Assembly (NCBI GenBank): GCA_973851085.1 | Contig: OZ316775.1 | Location: forward strand, 21,762,001-21,826,000 | Length of the DNA stretch: 64,000 nt | DNA from: Ptychomitrium polyphyllum | Taxonomy: Eukaryota | Direction of reading: 5' to 3' | Shown: positions 37,259 to 52,000 of the stretch, one piece after another | Layout of the letters: each line of letters starts with the position of its first letter | How positions within the stretch are numbered: position 1 is the stretch's first letter | Position numbers and translations under genes: made by a program | The notes under the pieces: generated by a model | Seen by the model: only the letters and a program-made list of their open reading frames with translations | What the model was told of the DNA's origin: nothing | The model's database searches: none

Positions 37259-38548
37259 TCACATGGATCTTGTTCCTCTGTAATGCCGTAGAATTTCTGA
37301 CCGTGGGCTACTCCCAAAAATCCTCGAATCTTGGGCAACAGCTCCTTCAGACGCTCCAGCTGCATGATCACGCCTGGGTTTGGAATGTTTCGAAACTCCT
37401 CCGTACCGAAGCGTCAGGAGGATAAAAATCAGAGTTCGCTCATCAGCAGCTTGACCACAACGGGTGCAGAAGGCATGTGAGTAATAAGTGCTCACTGCCC
37501 AAGCAGGCAACGTCGGACTCTCGCTGGCAGAATGGTTTTCAATGATCGCACAGGGGCACACACAGGACGGCTTCGCATTCAGGAGCTTCAAAGAGCAAGT
37601 TGAGTCGCAACCTACTGACCATCTCTGCTTGTTGGCGAAATTCTCATTCGAGTAGTACATAGCAGCTGCCATGAACATCTCAGCGAGATGCCTGGGCGAG
37701 AGAGACGAGGGGCATCTGCCGCATCCTGTGCAGAAAGTGTGCCTGTAATGGAAACTGAGAGCCCAGAATGTATGCAGATCCTTCCCCGTGCACTCGCACC
37801 TGATTGCTCTCTCAATGTCGTCCATCCTGGCTACCAAAAACAATTTCGATGGGTCTTTGAGCTCCTCGGGCAGATCGGGAAAATCACCGACACTTGTGGA
37901 ATGATGAACTGCGCTACGATGGTGCACATGTTTGGCCATCATCGGCTGCGAATGCGATCGAGCTCCTTGCGATGACGAGGAGATGGACGGGGAGGAGGGT
38001 TTCTGGGACTCAGGTACATCAATACCGTAGCACTCAAGCTCCATCTTGAGCCTGAAGAGCTCATTTTCGGACATCTTAGGTAGGGCTTCAAAACTGCCAT
38101 ACCTGAGAATAAGAACCATGTGCTGGAACGTAGACTCGTCGCAGTCAAGCACGACAGGGTCGGGGATGCGCTGCTTTTCCAGCAGAGAAGCGAAGTAGGT
38201 GGAGTGCTTCAGAGTGTGCGCAGAGAGAGTGAAAGGCACACGGTTGCGTCCCACGTAAAAAGTGATGTCGGAAGGCCGAGGTAAAACCTCTCGCCGATCC
38301 TTCAACTCCCGAGAATGGACTCTCTCCAGTTGAGTAGCGGTGCTAACATAGTGACTGCGAGGCACGTGCAAATGATCCGTCATCGTGGGTGCCATAACCT
38401 CCGCAGCTTCGTCAGAGGCAGATGTTACATCCTTAGCGGCAGAATGCGGGGGCATTCTCAGAACCGGTGATTTCTGCTGCTCCTTCGCCTCGTTCCAAAC
38501 CAGCCGAGGCTCCAAAGAAGACGGCAAGAAGAAGTCAGACAGATTCAT
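37259..38548 (-). CDS. BTB/POZ (KCTD/T1-like) domain protein with two Cys/His-rich C-terminal repeats, ~429 aa
   Basis: Long GC-rich ORF. ITFYVG...FTLSAHTLKHSTYFASLL...VLDCDESTFQHMVLILRYG...LKMELECYGI is a T1-type BTB pattern. A splice acceptor lies at 38564-38565 and the first ATG at 38548; an upstream coding exon is not excluded. Confidence 0.8.
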   Translation of the reverse strand: MNLSDFFLPSSLEPRLVWNEAKEQQKSPVLRMPPHSAAKDVTSASDEAAEVMAPTMTDHLHVPRSHYVSTATQLERVHSRELKDRREVLPRPSDITFYVGRNRVPFTLSAHTLKHSTYFASLLEKQRIPDPVVLDCDESTFQHMVLILRYGSFEALPKMSENELFRLKMELECYGIDVPESQKPSSPSISSSSQGARSHSQPMMAKHVHHRSAVHHSTSVGDFPDLPEELKDPSKLFLVARMDDIERAIRCECTGKDLHTFWALSFHYRHTFCTGCGRCPSSLSPRHLAEMFMAAAMYYSNENFANKQRWSVGCDSTCSLKLLNAKPSCVCPCAIIENHSASESPTLPAWAVSTYYSHAFCTRCGQAADERTLIFILLTLRYGGVSKHSKPRRDHAAGASEGAVAQDSRIFGSSPRSEILRHYRGTRSM

Positions 38549-40615
38549 GAACGATGTCGTCACCTGAAGGCCTATAAAACACTCACATAACTCCCATCGA
38601 CGCTAAGGCTGAGGTAGTCGCCCTACCGATCCTTTCACAATGACGACACCACAAGACTGTAGTGAATAATCGATCAAGCGAGGAACAGGGAGCACTCTAC
38701 CGCACGATTCTCACCCGAAACGAGGCTCTACAAGACAGAAGTACTTACGAACAAGCAGAGGAGGACCTCTGCTTCTCCAACAATATGGGGGCACATTCAA
38801 CCTTGCATCTGACGAGGGAAAGCACGCAACGCAACTGCCCAAGCACAAGCAAACGCAGGTTACAAGAAACAATACTAGCAAAATCTAGGAACAGAGCACG
38901 AACAAAAGCATAGGCTCAACAAACTTGCAAGGTGCTTTGAAGTTACTGTATGCCACCCAGGCCAGAATATCCACTGAGCAGAGGTACCTAACACTGCCCT
39001 CCAATCCGACAATCTTTCCGGGACAAAAGAGGGTGATCCCTTCACTCACCTCACGCCAGGCTCGCTTGGCATCAGGACTGCGTCACGCAGGCCCACACCG
39101 CACTGTCCCCACACGAACACGAGCGGTATCTGAAACAGCCAGCCTGCGCGACCCCCACGAGGATATTGGAAATACCGACAATAATGCCATGTGTTGCCTA
39201 CGTTCATCCCAACCTCATCTTGCGCTAAGTTAATAGCTTTGCTCTTATAACTTATGAGCTTCTCGGCCCGACTAGTTTAGTTGTCCATCAAGCCCTGCCT
39301 GCGTTCATTCCATTAGCAATGATCAATGATCAATGCCCACTTGCCTTGCCGCCTTTGGTGGCTGGCCCACCCGCCACCAGCCCATCAACTGCGCCGTCAT
39401 GGTGATGATGAGGATCGCCTCGCACCCTTTCGTCGGATTTGTTTCTGCATCCTCAAGGTACCTTACAGATCCATAGCCTATGATCCTTTGTTACATTTTG
39501 AGAGTTCGTTTGGTGACTGTATGTAGAGCAAACTTATTGATTGGCTCAAATGGGCTTACTGTGTTTTTGGTAAGTTTTTAGCATATTTTTCTTAAATGTA
39601 TATTTTTTGGTAAAATAACTATCTACAGATGTAGGTTTTAGATCATAGCAAAGAAGGATTATTTCAATGTATATTTGTGATATAAAGAGGACTTATGTCA
39701 AGGATTATTTAATGTTATTAAGTTGGTTCTATTTAGGTAAATTAATCCTATAGAAACTATTCCATTTATATAAGATTTTGTTTTTTTATTAATTAATAGA
39801 TTTGGATGTAACAAATCATATAATATAAGTAGGAATTTAAACTAAATTCATTGAAAAAAGGGTCATGTTTTAGATTAATTTTTCTTGTAGGATAGATCTT
39901 GTAGAAATATAAATGCAATGAATTTGATTATATTAAAACTAGCTTATCCATATAATATATTTTTTAAAGTATGTGACTTTACCAAATTCAAACATTGACA
40001 TTCACAACATTCTTATAACCTAAAAGAGTATATTAGGTTAAAATCTGAAATTTTAATCATAATAGTACATATTTTAAAATGGTGGAACTACTTTGAAGGT
40101 TGTAATACGATTCTACCCAACAGAGTACAGTATTAGAAATTTCAAATAACATTTAATGCCTGGTGCATTTGGCACCTTTGATATACCAATTTTCTCCAGT
40201 CACTAGAATAGACGATGTGTCATACACTGTACAATCCTGTATTGGGCTATGGTTGTGCGTCTCTGAACATAGTCCAATAATTCATGTTTCCCCAACTCAT
40301 TTGAACAAATACTTGGCACTAAAAGCAAACCAGCATGAGGAAACAAAGAACTGTAGAACAGAAACTAAAGATGAAATGCCCAAGCTGTAGACATCTTGCC
40401 ATAATTTACACAAATAGAGTTGCAATCAGAAAAGTGTAACTAAATCTACGGAAATCAAGTGAAGGACTAGAACTTTCGCTAAGTCGTATCCAGAGTCCAT
40501 ATGGATTCCCTATGCATAATCCTCACGAAAACCTCTATCTGTTTCCTATGCACAAAGACTTGTATACAAGAATTTGAGTGATCGTGTAGAGCAGTGGATC
40601 TACGAATAACGGCTG

Positions 40616-42363
40616 TCATTTTCCCCTAGCTGATGATTTCCGATTCCCGTCAGGCGTTGCTCGCTGTGATTTTTTGTTTGATGTAGATGGTAGATTTATA
40701 TCAATATCCATGGGTTCGACCTTTGAGTTTGAGAGTTCCGCATTGACAAGCCCTGATGTTGCAAGGAATTTCTTCAATGGGGCTTCCCTGACACACACCA
40801 CCAACCTCAGGTATCAGGGCGAAATATAACAAAGTCTTGTTTATGGTTACGAAATTATAGCAAAACTGAGTTGCCAAGAAGACGAGTAAGACCTTCTGGA
40901 CGAAATGCCAACTGAAAATTGGATATATTTCAGGTCCTTCTAATCATGAGCTTATGAGAAAGTGAACTTATAGATCATGGGAAAGAGTTGCTTACTTGCT
41001 CTCCTTGATTACAAAATCGTCGACAGTAGCAACGCTGTCAAAGAGTTCACCTAAAACACCCATTCCCATCAGCAAATATGTTGAAACTCAAATACAAACA
41101 TGTCGAGTATTGGTCGACACTGAATACGTACCAAATCAATGAGAATTGTATAAACATGTATCACGGCAGGTTATTAAATGCCAGGAAAATGAAAAGCACG
41201 AAAACCGTTTCATGTTCGGCACATGCAAGGTACCACAAAAACCCTCAGATGACTGAAAACGCTGGAGAGAGTGGAACGTGCAAAACGTGTCACTGAGGGA
41301 GACAAGAATGAAACAGAAGCTGTGAATCAAAATACAGGACGTCAGCAGTTGTTGGCTATGGTGTTGACTGAAAGGTAAGAGCACTACATTGTGAAATTTT
41401 AGATCTGCGTATGATTTTAGATCTGTTCAAATTTGATACACAGTACTGTGGAAGCTTCACGACTGAATCATATCTGCAAGCTCAGAATAGAAATTCTTTC
41501 TAAGTTTTCTCGCTTTAAAGTCATGACTAACAGCGGTGTGTGTCCGAAAACAGATGACCTTCGTGCTAAGAACTACCTCCAAAGCTCTCACTGGATCTTG
41601 TGCAGCACCTTTCAGCCACTTTGTTCCCGGTCCACTAAAAATAATCTTTTCTGAAAAATTACTAGTCACAAAAAAGTACTTGCGATTAATTTAGGGTTTG
41701 CAAGAATTCTGGTATTTCAAGAATATAGAGAATCCAACCCAGGAGACATAAAATTAACATATGGTTCCGACGAGATTCTGTCCCAAAACCTGGAATCAAT
41801 TAATATAGCCATTGTACGTAAGCTTCGAAATCACAGAAGGATCTAAGGTTACATTCAGCTTCACAGAAAAACTCCCACAAAACCCAACATCACGCCGTCA
41901 TCTCCTTATTGAACTACCACACCACCGACAACATCCTCAAACTAGGAACTCATTGCGACGTTGCTAGACCGCTATAACTACAGCATAGATTCATTCCACG
42001 CAAGTTCTTCAAACCAGAAGAAACTCACACGAGAAACCAACACATTCCACGAACTTTCGTCAACACCATTCCCACGATGCAAAACTGGCATCAAATTCGC
42101 CATCCATCAACGCAACTTCTAGTCACCTTTCGTACCCTCTAGTGGTTTCAGCCAACAATACACATGAACCTGCCGGATCTCCAAATCCCAACGCCACATA
42201 AGTTCAGGAGAAAAGAATCTTGAACGAGTTGGGAAGGGGTACCGTTGTCGAGGGCGGTGGACGAGAAGTAGAGATGGTTGATGCGTCGCAGGTAGTCGCG
42301 CTCGTACTTGCGATACTTAGAAGCGTACGCCGCGGCCTCCACGGCGTCGGAGCTGGCCATCAT
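40616..42363 (-). CDS. Small uncharacterised plant protein, ~115 aa
   Basis: Exons 42363-42243, 41050-40996 and 40787-40616 splice in frame with GT-AG: ...KYRKYERDYLRRINHLYFS...GELFDSVATVDDFVIKESKEAPLKKF... with a basic C-terminus. Confidence 0.7.
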
Positions 42364-42965
42364 GGTAGCCAGCGGTTGCGATTGCAGCTGTGCGCTTGCT
42401 GCAACAATCGTTTGGATAGCAGCAACTCAGGGACCACAAGAGCACCGTCCCCTTGACGAAGCCCCGTGCTTTGGTACTTCGCACCGGTGCGCACACTCGT
42501 GTTGCGTTTGGGAAATCCGTGTCTGTCTCGCCCGCTCAAGCGCTCGCCTCTGCTCTTCTCTGCTATTCTATGCTCTTCTCTGCTCTGCTACGATTACACT
42601 AACCCGTCACCTTCCACCTGTGTACCTACCAAACCGTTACTGCGTCCGAAAACCGTCACCTCACCCAATTTCATCCCCAAAATCGTCACCTCGCCCAATT
42701 TCTGTTAGAAATATAAATAGAACTCATCTACTATTTGATGAAACATCTAATAGGTGAGATTAGATGTTAGAAATAGCACATGTCTAATATTTTGGGAAGG
42801 TTGTGTGACTTCTAAAATAGGAAATATTTAAAAGATTGCATATCTTTTATTTTATTTTTAAATGTATGAATTCTAAAATAGAAAAAGGTAAAAATACTAT
42901 TAAAAAGAAAAAGACTTAATCTAAAACACTCTAAGTTAAGAGGATTTTTGTGGATGTATATTAGA

Positions 42966-45900
42966 CGTTAGAAACACAAGAAACAAAAAACAGAAATAAA
43001 ATGTTTTTTAAGAATTATCTTCCAAAGAGCTAATGATTAATAAGAAATGTTACAAAGACTAGAGCAAGGTGGGATACAATGAGATCCACAATTTATGTTG
43101 GCCAGCCTATGGTATACCTTGTCTTACTTCATATTTATACTATAACGCTTGTATCACCTAAGATACTTCTAAAGAAGCTTTTTACAAGGCTTAAGAATGT
43201 TCTAAAAGTCAATAGAACCTTTCCAAAACGTTTTCCAAGATGGTGGAACCTTCTTAATGGAGAAATTGAAAGTATTCTAAGAAGCTACTATAATATATCA
43301 GAAAATTTTAGAAGGTTCTAAATGACTATGTTGCATAATCTATGTCCGTAACACTACTTTCTACTTTAGCAACAAATTCCATAAGCTGCTCTTCTTGTAG
43401 TTTTTTTGTCATATTTCCTCAAATTTCAAAATTTGTCAAAAAAAAAGCAACAATACTCTGCTCGTTACTCTTTGTTCACTACTTCAACTAGTCCTTATAA
43501 GAAGCGCCGATGACCACTAGCCAAAACTTATGTTGTTGAAATGTCCTAGCCTAAGGTTTGATTTTCCTTAAGTCCTTCAAAACATCCTCTAAACATGATT
43601 TCCAATCTTCAAGGAATGACTCTTCCAATTTTTAACAAAATGATTAGAACTTGAGCATCTCAATCAAGACTAAAATGTAAAGGACGATTGGCAAATACTT
43701 TTGCACAAAGTTGCACTCGATGTTGGAATGTCTCTCTCATATCATGCCTTAGATCCTCTATCACTAAAGTGAGAAAGTTGAGTTGGTTCAATAGATGCTG
43801 CTATTGAAGAAGGCACAGCCGACTGTTCTTCACGCATATCCATAATAATACAAGATTTCACATACTAGCTAGAATCTAAAAATGATCTATCTTGAAAATA
43901 ATGCTACATACAATCAAAGGTTTGGATATCTCTCCTCCCTTCCTATACTTGTTTCTGGAAAAAAATAATTTATAGAGCCAACAACTACTAATAACACATC
44001 ATTACTGATCTGGTTTATGAAGATATCTTTGGTGAAATTTGATACCTTGTTAGATACATTTTTACATTCAATGAAGGTTCCCATGTTTAGTCATTCATGC
44101 CATATCCTTGCTAATGTATAAGGTATTCTACACGTTCCTTTTTAATGTGTGAATTTAAGATTTCTTTGACTTCATACTCCATTTCATTATTGATTTCCAT
44201 AGGAGGAAGCTGAAGAACAACCCCTTCTAGTATACACGGCTTATTGTAGGTTTCCAACAAATATACATAGAACACTAGATGAATTTGCATTATTAGTTGT
44301 AATTTGAGGCGATAACTGACCAGATTTATTTTTTTACTAATTTCAAACGGTCCTAGCCTTTAATAGTCTAGCTTCTTTGATGGTCTTTTTATTTGTATAT
44401 TTTGTCGTAGGAGCCATACACTATCTCCAACCTTGAGCTTTGGATGGTCCTTTTGATGACGATCTGCATAAGTTATATACCAATCTTGAGTTTGTTGTAA
44501 CTAGAAAGCAAGTTCTTGGTGGATTTTAGCAAGTTGAACTGCAAAATCTTTTGCTACAAGACTTCCAACATGCTTCACTTGAAATGGGTTTGCTCAAGGA
44601 TGATGGCCATAGTTTGCAAAGAATGGATTTTGAGTTGTTGAAGAAGGCATTGTAATATTATAAGCAAATTCCGCCAAAGGTAAGAGGTCCATCTAGTTGT
44701 CTTGCTGGTAGTTTATGTTGCAGCAAAGGTATTGTTTCAAACTTTGATTCACACATTTGGTTTAACCATGAATCTACGGATGGTGTGTTTAAGAAAAGTT
44801 GATCTTCATGCACAATAGCTAGAAGAGAGTCTTCCAAAAGTTGGAAATGAACTGCGGCCGCAATTGGATACAATATCATTTGGTAGTCCATATATGCGGT
44901 AGACGTGATTTAAGAACAACTTGGTAATTTCTTCTCTCGTTACTATCCTATTGCATAGAATACAATGCACCATCTTGGTAATTCGATCCACCACTACCAA
45001 AATAGAATCTTTAGAATTGGAGTTTGGAAGGTCCGTGCTGAAATTCATTGACAATGACAATCATGGATCTTTTGGCCCTAGAAGCGGATGGAAGAAACAT
45101 TGTTATTTAAAGGATTTGCGTTGTCTTTGAAACACCTCTTCATATTTGAATTAAATATATTAATTTTCAAATTCTTCCAAATTTTGTTGAGATGGGATGT
45201 TGTGATAATAATTGCTGCTTTCAATTGAAGATTCTCTGGCTTCAATAAAATAGTCCTTTATTGATCCAAAACATCATTTCCAAGTAAAAGAGCTGAATAA
45301 GATGTTTGAAATAAGGCATCTGACTTACCTTGTAGGCTACAAGGTCAATAGGTAATGACAAAGTCAAATCTGAATAGCGACATATGTCACATTGCTTGAG
45401 GATGATTCAATATGCACGCACTTATAAAGTATTCTAAGTTCTTGTGGTTTGTATATATTGTGATGGTATATTGAACTCCTTCCAATAAGTGATGCCATTT
45501 TTCAAATGCATCTACAATTGCAAGTTGTTCCTTATCATGTATATTATTCTTGACCTCTATAGCTCAAAACTTCCTTAATAAAAAGCAATAGAAATAGAAT
45601 CTCCCGTCTTCATCATATTATTAGAGTACTAAGCTAAGTCCAAAATCTGAGGCATGTGCTAACAATTAGAAAGGCTTTGACGGATTTGGATGAATAAGGA
45701 TTAGAACCGATGTAAATGACTTCTTTAAAGCTTGAAATGTTCTTTCTGCCTCTTCATTCCAAGTAAATTTTTGCTTCTCTGTAAGTTGTGTCAATCGTAC
45801 TGCATTTTGGAATAGTCCTTGATGAATATCTTATAAAAGTTTGCAAATCCCAAGAAGTATTGAACATTTGAAATTAATCTTGGCATACTCCACTCTATAA

Positions 45901-48900
45901 TAGTGTTTATTTTCTTTTCATCTACATGGATTCTTCTTTTAGAGATAATGTAGCCTATATTTTTAACCGAGGATTCTTGGAAAATGTACTTTTCTAATTT
46001 TGCATATGATTCTTGTTGGCGTAGTTATTCTAAGACCAGTTGTACATAACAGTTGTTGTCTTGTTTATTATTTGAATTTATCAAAATATTATTTAAGTAG
46101 AGGAATACAAAATCGTCCAAATCTTCATAAAAGATATCATTCATCATTTGTCGGAGGATTGCAGGGATATTAGTAAGGCCAAAAGGCATGACATTGTATT
46201 CAAAATGGCCATACATAAATCAAAAGGCTATCTTCCATTCGTTTCCATCTTTGATGTGTATAAGATAGTTAACTCCTCTAAGATCAATCTTAATGAATAT
46301 CTTTGCTTGGCCAAGTTGTTGTAGGAGTCTTGAGATTAATGATAATGGATAGCAATTTTTTTTTGTTACTTTATTGAAACCTTGATAGTCCACACACATA
46401 CATAATGATCCATCATTCTTCTTTATAAATAAAATGGATGCTCCAGTATGCGATTTACAGTATTGAATGAAGTCCTTTTTAAGATTTTCATCAATATATT
46501 CTTTCAAGGGAGTGAATTTGGTTTGTGATAAGTTATAGATAGGTTCAAAAAGTGGTTAGACTCTTTCTTGCAACTTGATGGCACAATCGTAAGGGCGATA
46601 TTTTATTAATATATTTGTATTATTTTTTTCAAAAACGTCTTTATAATCTTGATATTGATGAGGTATGCTTTAATTAGTCTCTAATATAGAACCGGACATT
46701 GGCGTGGCATAAATGGCATAGACTGATTTATGCTTTGCCAATTTCATGAATGCCTTTGCTCTAATAAATGATGGTTCAAGATTTCTTGTACCTTGACGTC
46801 ATTTCCTTGAAACCACATTTTGTAAGCGCCAATTAATGTCTAGATTATATAATTCAAACTAAAGAAAGCCCAAGATAATAGGATTTGTTTGGCATTGAAT
46901 GATATTGAAGACAATCTTAGATGCTTGGTCTCCTAAAACAACCTCTAAAGGTTGAATTTCTTCAATAACATTACCAGATGCAATAGATTGTCTATTGATA
47001 ACTTGAACATGTGCGGATGTTTTTTGTTCACAAGTACTATATGGTGTTTGGTTGCAAAATCCTTGTCTATAGAGCATGCCGTTGTACCAATGTCCAAAAG
47101 AGCTTCATTAACTATTTCACCATCTAACAATTTAATTTTTATAGGAAATGTATAGCAAGAGGTAGGAGCTGAAGGTAGTAAGAAACCTAGATTAGATGGT
47201 TGTTTCCTTATGGTATCCAGTTGCATGGTCCCTATAGTGATTGAACATCCTTGTTTTCCAACTTCACCATTGTACTTTGAGCCCTAAAGATGGATCTTTT
47301 TATTTGAAAATTGCGCATTTTATGTCTAGACTTGCCACAATACAAACATAGATTTCTTCTTCAATGCCTCTTTTTCTCCTTTTGGAATCAAGTGTCTAAA
47401 TTAGGTAGCATCAATTTCCATAGGTTCTAGTCTTTCTAGTTGATTTTCCAATACTTTTGAAGAAGTGGTTGCCATATCTTGATGTATTAGTCGCCATTCC
47501 AATCATTGTTTTTGGTGCCTTTTAAATAGTCTATTGTTACATGCTATAGCTTGAGTGATGATTTTGTCCAACATTTCAACCCTTGGCATTATGAATAGTA
47601 AGTCTTTTACATTTTTTTTAGGTCCCACTGGAATTATGTGACCAAAGCTTATTGTTCCAATCATGATCGCAAGCTAGTTTTTGGAACTCTACAGCATATG
47701 TAGCAGCCAAGCGCTATCTTTGTTGTAAACCTTGGATCCTTGTTTCAGCCACCCTCTCTCAGTTGGTGTCTTTAAAAGTAGATGTCAATGCATCCATGAA
47801 AGCATCTAAGTTCTCCAATAATGATGATTGCTTCTCCATTAATGGTGCAAACCACGAGAATGTATTATTTGATAGAATAGTGGCTACAAATCCTACTTGA
47901 GTAGTGCTATGAAGATAGCAAGATTGATGCAAATTAAAGAAGAACCTTACTTCTTGAATTAAGCTTCTCAACTTTGATCTTGATCCATCAAATTTGTTTG
48001 GCATACTAATCTTTTATCTATATGGTTTCAACATAAGCCTTCTCTTTTAATATTAGCTTCTTGCAATTGAACAACCTCTTGATATAGACTTTAAATATTG
48101 CCATTTGATTCTTTAGTTTAATAATTATATTGCTCTAAATTGTTGGTATTGTTGAAGCAAGCAAGCTTTGTTTGAACTGTGTTTAATAACTCTTGAAGGT
48201 CTGTAATAATTGCAAATCTATTCTCTAATGTTTTAGGCACATTATCCATTATTTAAGACTGTCAAAGATAAGAAGATTATGAATATTTTTTAAATAGGGT
48301 GATTTGCTACATTTAAAAGATTAATTCTTCTTCAAAAGAAACATTACTTGCTTTTAAAGGAAAAAACCAATTTTATGGTGCCAGCTTATAGGAAGGTATC
48401 CGCAACTTGTACAACGCTATGAGATCCTAAAGAAAATAGATAATCCACTATCTTCTTCAAATAATCTAAGATCTGACAAAGTTGAAGAGTAGTCTTGCCA
48501 AACTATTAAGAACACAAGAAAAAAGAAACAAAAATAAAAAATTTCCTAAGAATTAGCTTTGAAAAAGCTAAGGATTAACAAGAACTTGATACAAAGACTA
48601 AAACAAGGCAAAATAGTATGTGATCCACAACTTGTGTTGGCAACACTATGATATACTTTTTCTTGCCTCCTATTTATACTATGACGCTTGTATCTTTTAG
48701 GATACTCCTAAAGAAGCTTCCTACAAGGCTTAAAAATACTCTAGAAGTTTATGGAACCTTCCCAAGAAGTTTTCTAAGATGTTGAAACCTTCCATGGAAT
48801 TGGAACCTTCTTTGGAAGTTTTCTAAGGTGGTGGACCTTGCTTATAAAGTTTTATGAAGAGGTAAAATCTTCTTAGGAAGTTTCCTAAGAAAGTAGAATT

Positions 48901-49032
48901 TTTTTAGGAATTTTTTTTATTGACGTGGAAAGAGTTATGGAAACATTGAAAGTATTATAAGAAGCTATTATAATATATCAAAAGGTTCTAGAAGGTTTAT
49001 AAGACTATGTTATATGATCTATAGCTGGGACT
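42966..49032 (-). mobile_element. Older, heavily decayed copy of the same chromovirus family (element Z)
   Basis: 3' LTR 42966-43353 (internally deleted), pol fragments ([32 protein letters not shown]), gag 47232-48249, 5' LTR 48504-~49032. There is a deletion near 45100. Confidence 0.92.
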
Positions 49033-49039
49033 TCAAAGA

Positions 49040-52000
49040 GGCTCGGAAAAGTAATTATTTGGCTTTTTTTCATTTGTGTAAGTATTTATTTGATATAAGA
49101 GGAGATGTTTTTGTTGAAAAGATAACTTTTGTTTACATTTCTTTGAAGTTCTTTATTTCCTAAATTATTGTGTTTATATTGTGTTATTCATTATTATTAA
49201 TTGTTAATTGCATGAAGATGTATTTATACCTTCTCTTCAGTTTCTTTTATAAATATTTTTTTCTAACAAAGATGTTTATAGCAACATTACAATAGTATAT
49301 TGATAAAAAAATATCAATGAAATCTTACAATAATGTTTATAGCTCTTTAATTGATCTTTTTTATTATATTATTTTCTACAATATAACTTGCCAAATTTTA
49401 GAATTATTTTTTATTCTTAAAAAAATGTGATCTTTATTCTATGGTTCCTTATAATTCCAAAAAATTATGTATCATCTATAAGAAGTATACCACAAAGTTG
49501 TACTATTAAGATTTCATTATTTATCCTTAAAAGATATAATGTTTTAAACACAATAGTTTGGAACATTTTATCAACATTCTTAAGGAGTTGAATTAATCAA
49601 CCATCCACTTAAAAAATTGAAAAGCAATAAAAAATGATATTAAAGGTATGTGTCCATAAGTAAATGAAGGCATGAACCAAATTTGGTAATTTGGTACTAT
49701 GATTCCTTATTGTTTTGTTGAATTATATTTTGACAACAAGGTGGTATATTTAAATAATATAATGAGGATATTCAAAGGGGCCATTATAAAATATTATATA
49801 GGAATTAAAGACTTAATTTATAAGTCATTAAACATTTGCTTTTGATTTAATTTTTTTTACATTATTAAAATTATAATGTAATATCAAATAAAAAATTTAA
49901 ATTTATAACATATTTCATGATTTTTAATCTAAAAGAATGAATGAAAGTGCATGATATTTTTTTTTAAATATATATTTTAATAAGAAAAATGATGCAAAAT
50001 GCCTAATTGAGCCTTTTGGAGTTGAAGTTGCTCTATAGTTAATTTGTTATAGTTTATAGTGTCACATTGAACTAAAGCCTTTCATCAATTAACAAATATA
50101 TTTAAAGAGGCTTGAGATCAAAGCAAACAAATTAACAATAAGTAGTATATTTGTTTGCTGCTCCTCTGATTAATACACTATCTTATTCATATTTATGCAA
50201 ATATAATATTTAAGACAATATATCAAAAAATAAAAATTCTTGGAGAAAAATTTATATATTTTTAATAATATTGCAAATATTTGGTAAAATATTATGTGGA
50301 ATGAAAATATGCATGCCATAATAAATGTAATTTTGATTAATTTGGTTATTTTTGTAAAATCTAAATTGTCAAATGCAATACAAAATATCCTCTAGTATAA
50401 ATTTCAAGTTTGTGATGTTATTCTTATTTGGCTAATGAATCACATGAAAAAACTTTTAAAAGTACAATTTTATTGAAATGGAGGCATATGCCTATGAATT
50501 TGAAAATGCTCAATAATAAAGTTCTATATTTTAATAAAAAACCAAAATTTAGTAGAAACCTTATTTATTTATTCTACTACATTATAAATTAGACCTTATA
50601 GTATTCAAACTAAAATGTATATTAATGGTATTTTTGGTTTTTTAAAAAAAAAATTCAAAGATATTTACATTAATAAAGAACAACATTTCATTATATCAAA
50701 TAGGGGATCTACTAATGATTTTTATTTAAATAATTATTGTTAATTTATTAAGACCTACAATTATTCCTTTAAATTTAGCAATTTTTTCAAAATAAATAGA
50801 AGATATTATTATATTTACAATAAAATTAGATATTTGAATTAAAAAAATTCTTTGATACATTTTTTGTAGCAATTTCTTTTTAATAATTTAAAAAATCTAA
50901 TAACCTATTAAGTGTATTTTACTTCCAAATTATTTTTGTTTTTAGCACTTATTCCTTGATGGATTGAATTTGTCAAAATATTTTTGAATTTTACATAATT
51001 TTTCATTGATTTTATTTATTTAGGTAATTGTTCATGAATATATTTTTTATTAATATTTCATATTAAGGTATTTTTAATATTAGAAGATGCATAAGATTTT
51101 TAAATATTTTCTAAAATCATGCAATTAATTGGCAGTACTTGTGAATTTTTCCAACAAAGGTACATTAAAACTACCATGTACTAAGACAATTTTTTGTAAG
51201 GGTTAATAGAAATATAGTCCAAAGTAACAGATTTGATATAAAATGAACTTTTAAAATTTCACATGAGTTGTTGTAAATAATATTTACATAAGAACTGAAT
51301 TACAAACCAATTTTTAAAATAGATATATTGGAAAAAAACCAAATCTTGTTGTTTGTTCAATAGATATGCATATATGTATAAATATAATATGTTATTTTAT
51401 AAAGATTTTATTTTATATCATATCCAAAGTCATGGATAATAAAAATATAATGAATATCATGAATAATAAAAATTTCAAAAAATCTGAAATTCTAATTGTA
51501 TGGCTTTATTTTTCAAAAGAAGGAGAATCACCAAGGATGAATATTAAGAAGAGTTTTTCCATCTAATTCTCATTTTTTACCATACATATTCATATTGTTA
51601 TTACAACCAAATTTGTATGTTTTAATAATGGAATTAAAATTTTTGTTAAACATCATAGTGAGATAAGAATTAAGGTTTAAATTTGAATTAATGTTTAATT
51701 AGAATTTATTTTTTTTACATACATCACTATATTTACTATTTCAAAAGTAGTAGTTGATTCTATGACTAGTGAGTATTTAGTAGCACGTACTATAAAACTA
51801 CCTACTAAGGATATTTATTATTGGAATTATAAATTACAATGGCCTATAAAAATTATATTAAAAAATTCTTTAGGTTACTTTATATTTCATAAGTTAATTA
51901 AAATTGTTGTACTAAATATACAATAGATAGTTTTTTACAAATGCCTTAGTGTATAGTATATGGATCCTTTTAAGATTGTGTTTTTTTAAATAAATTAAAT

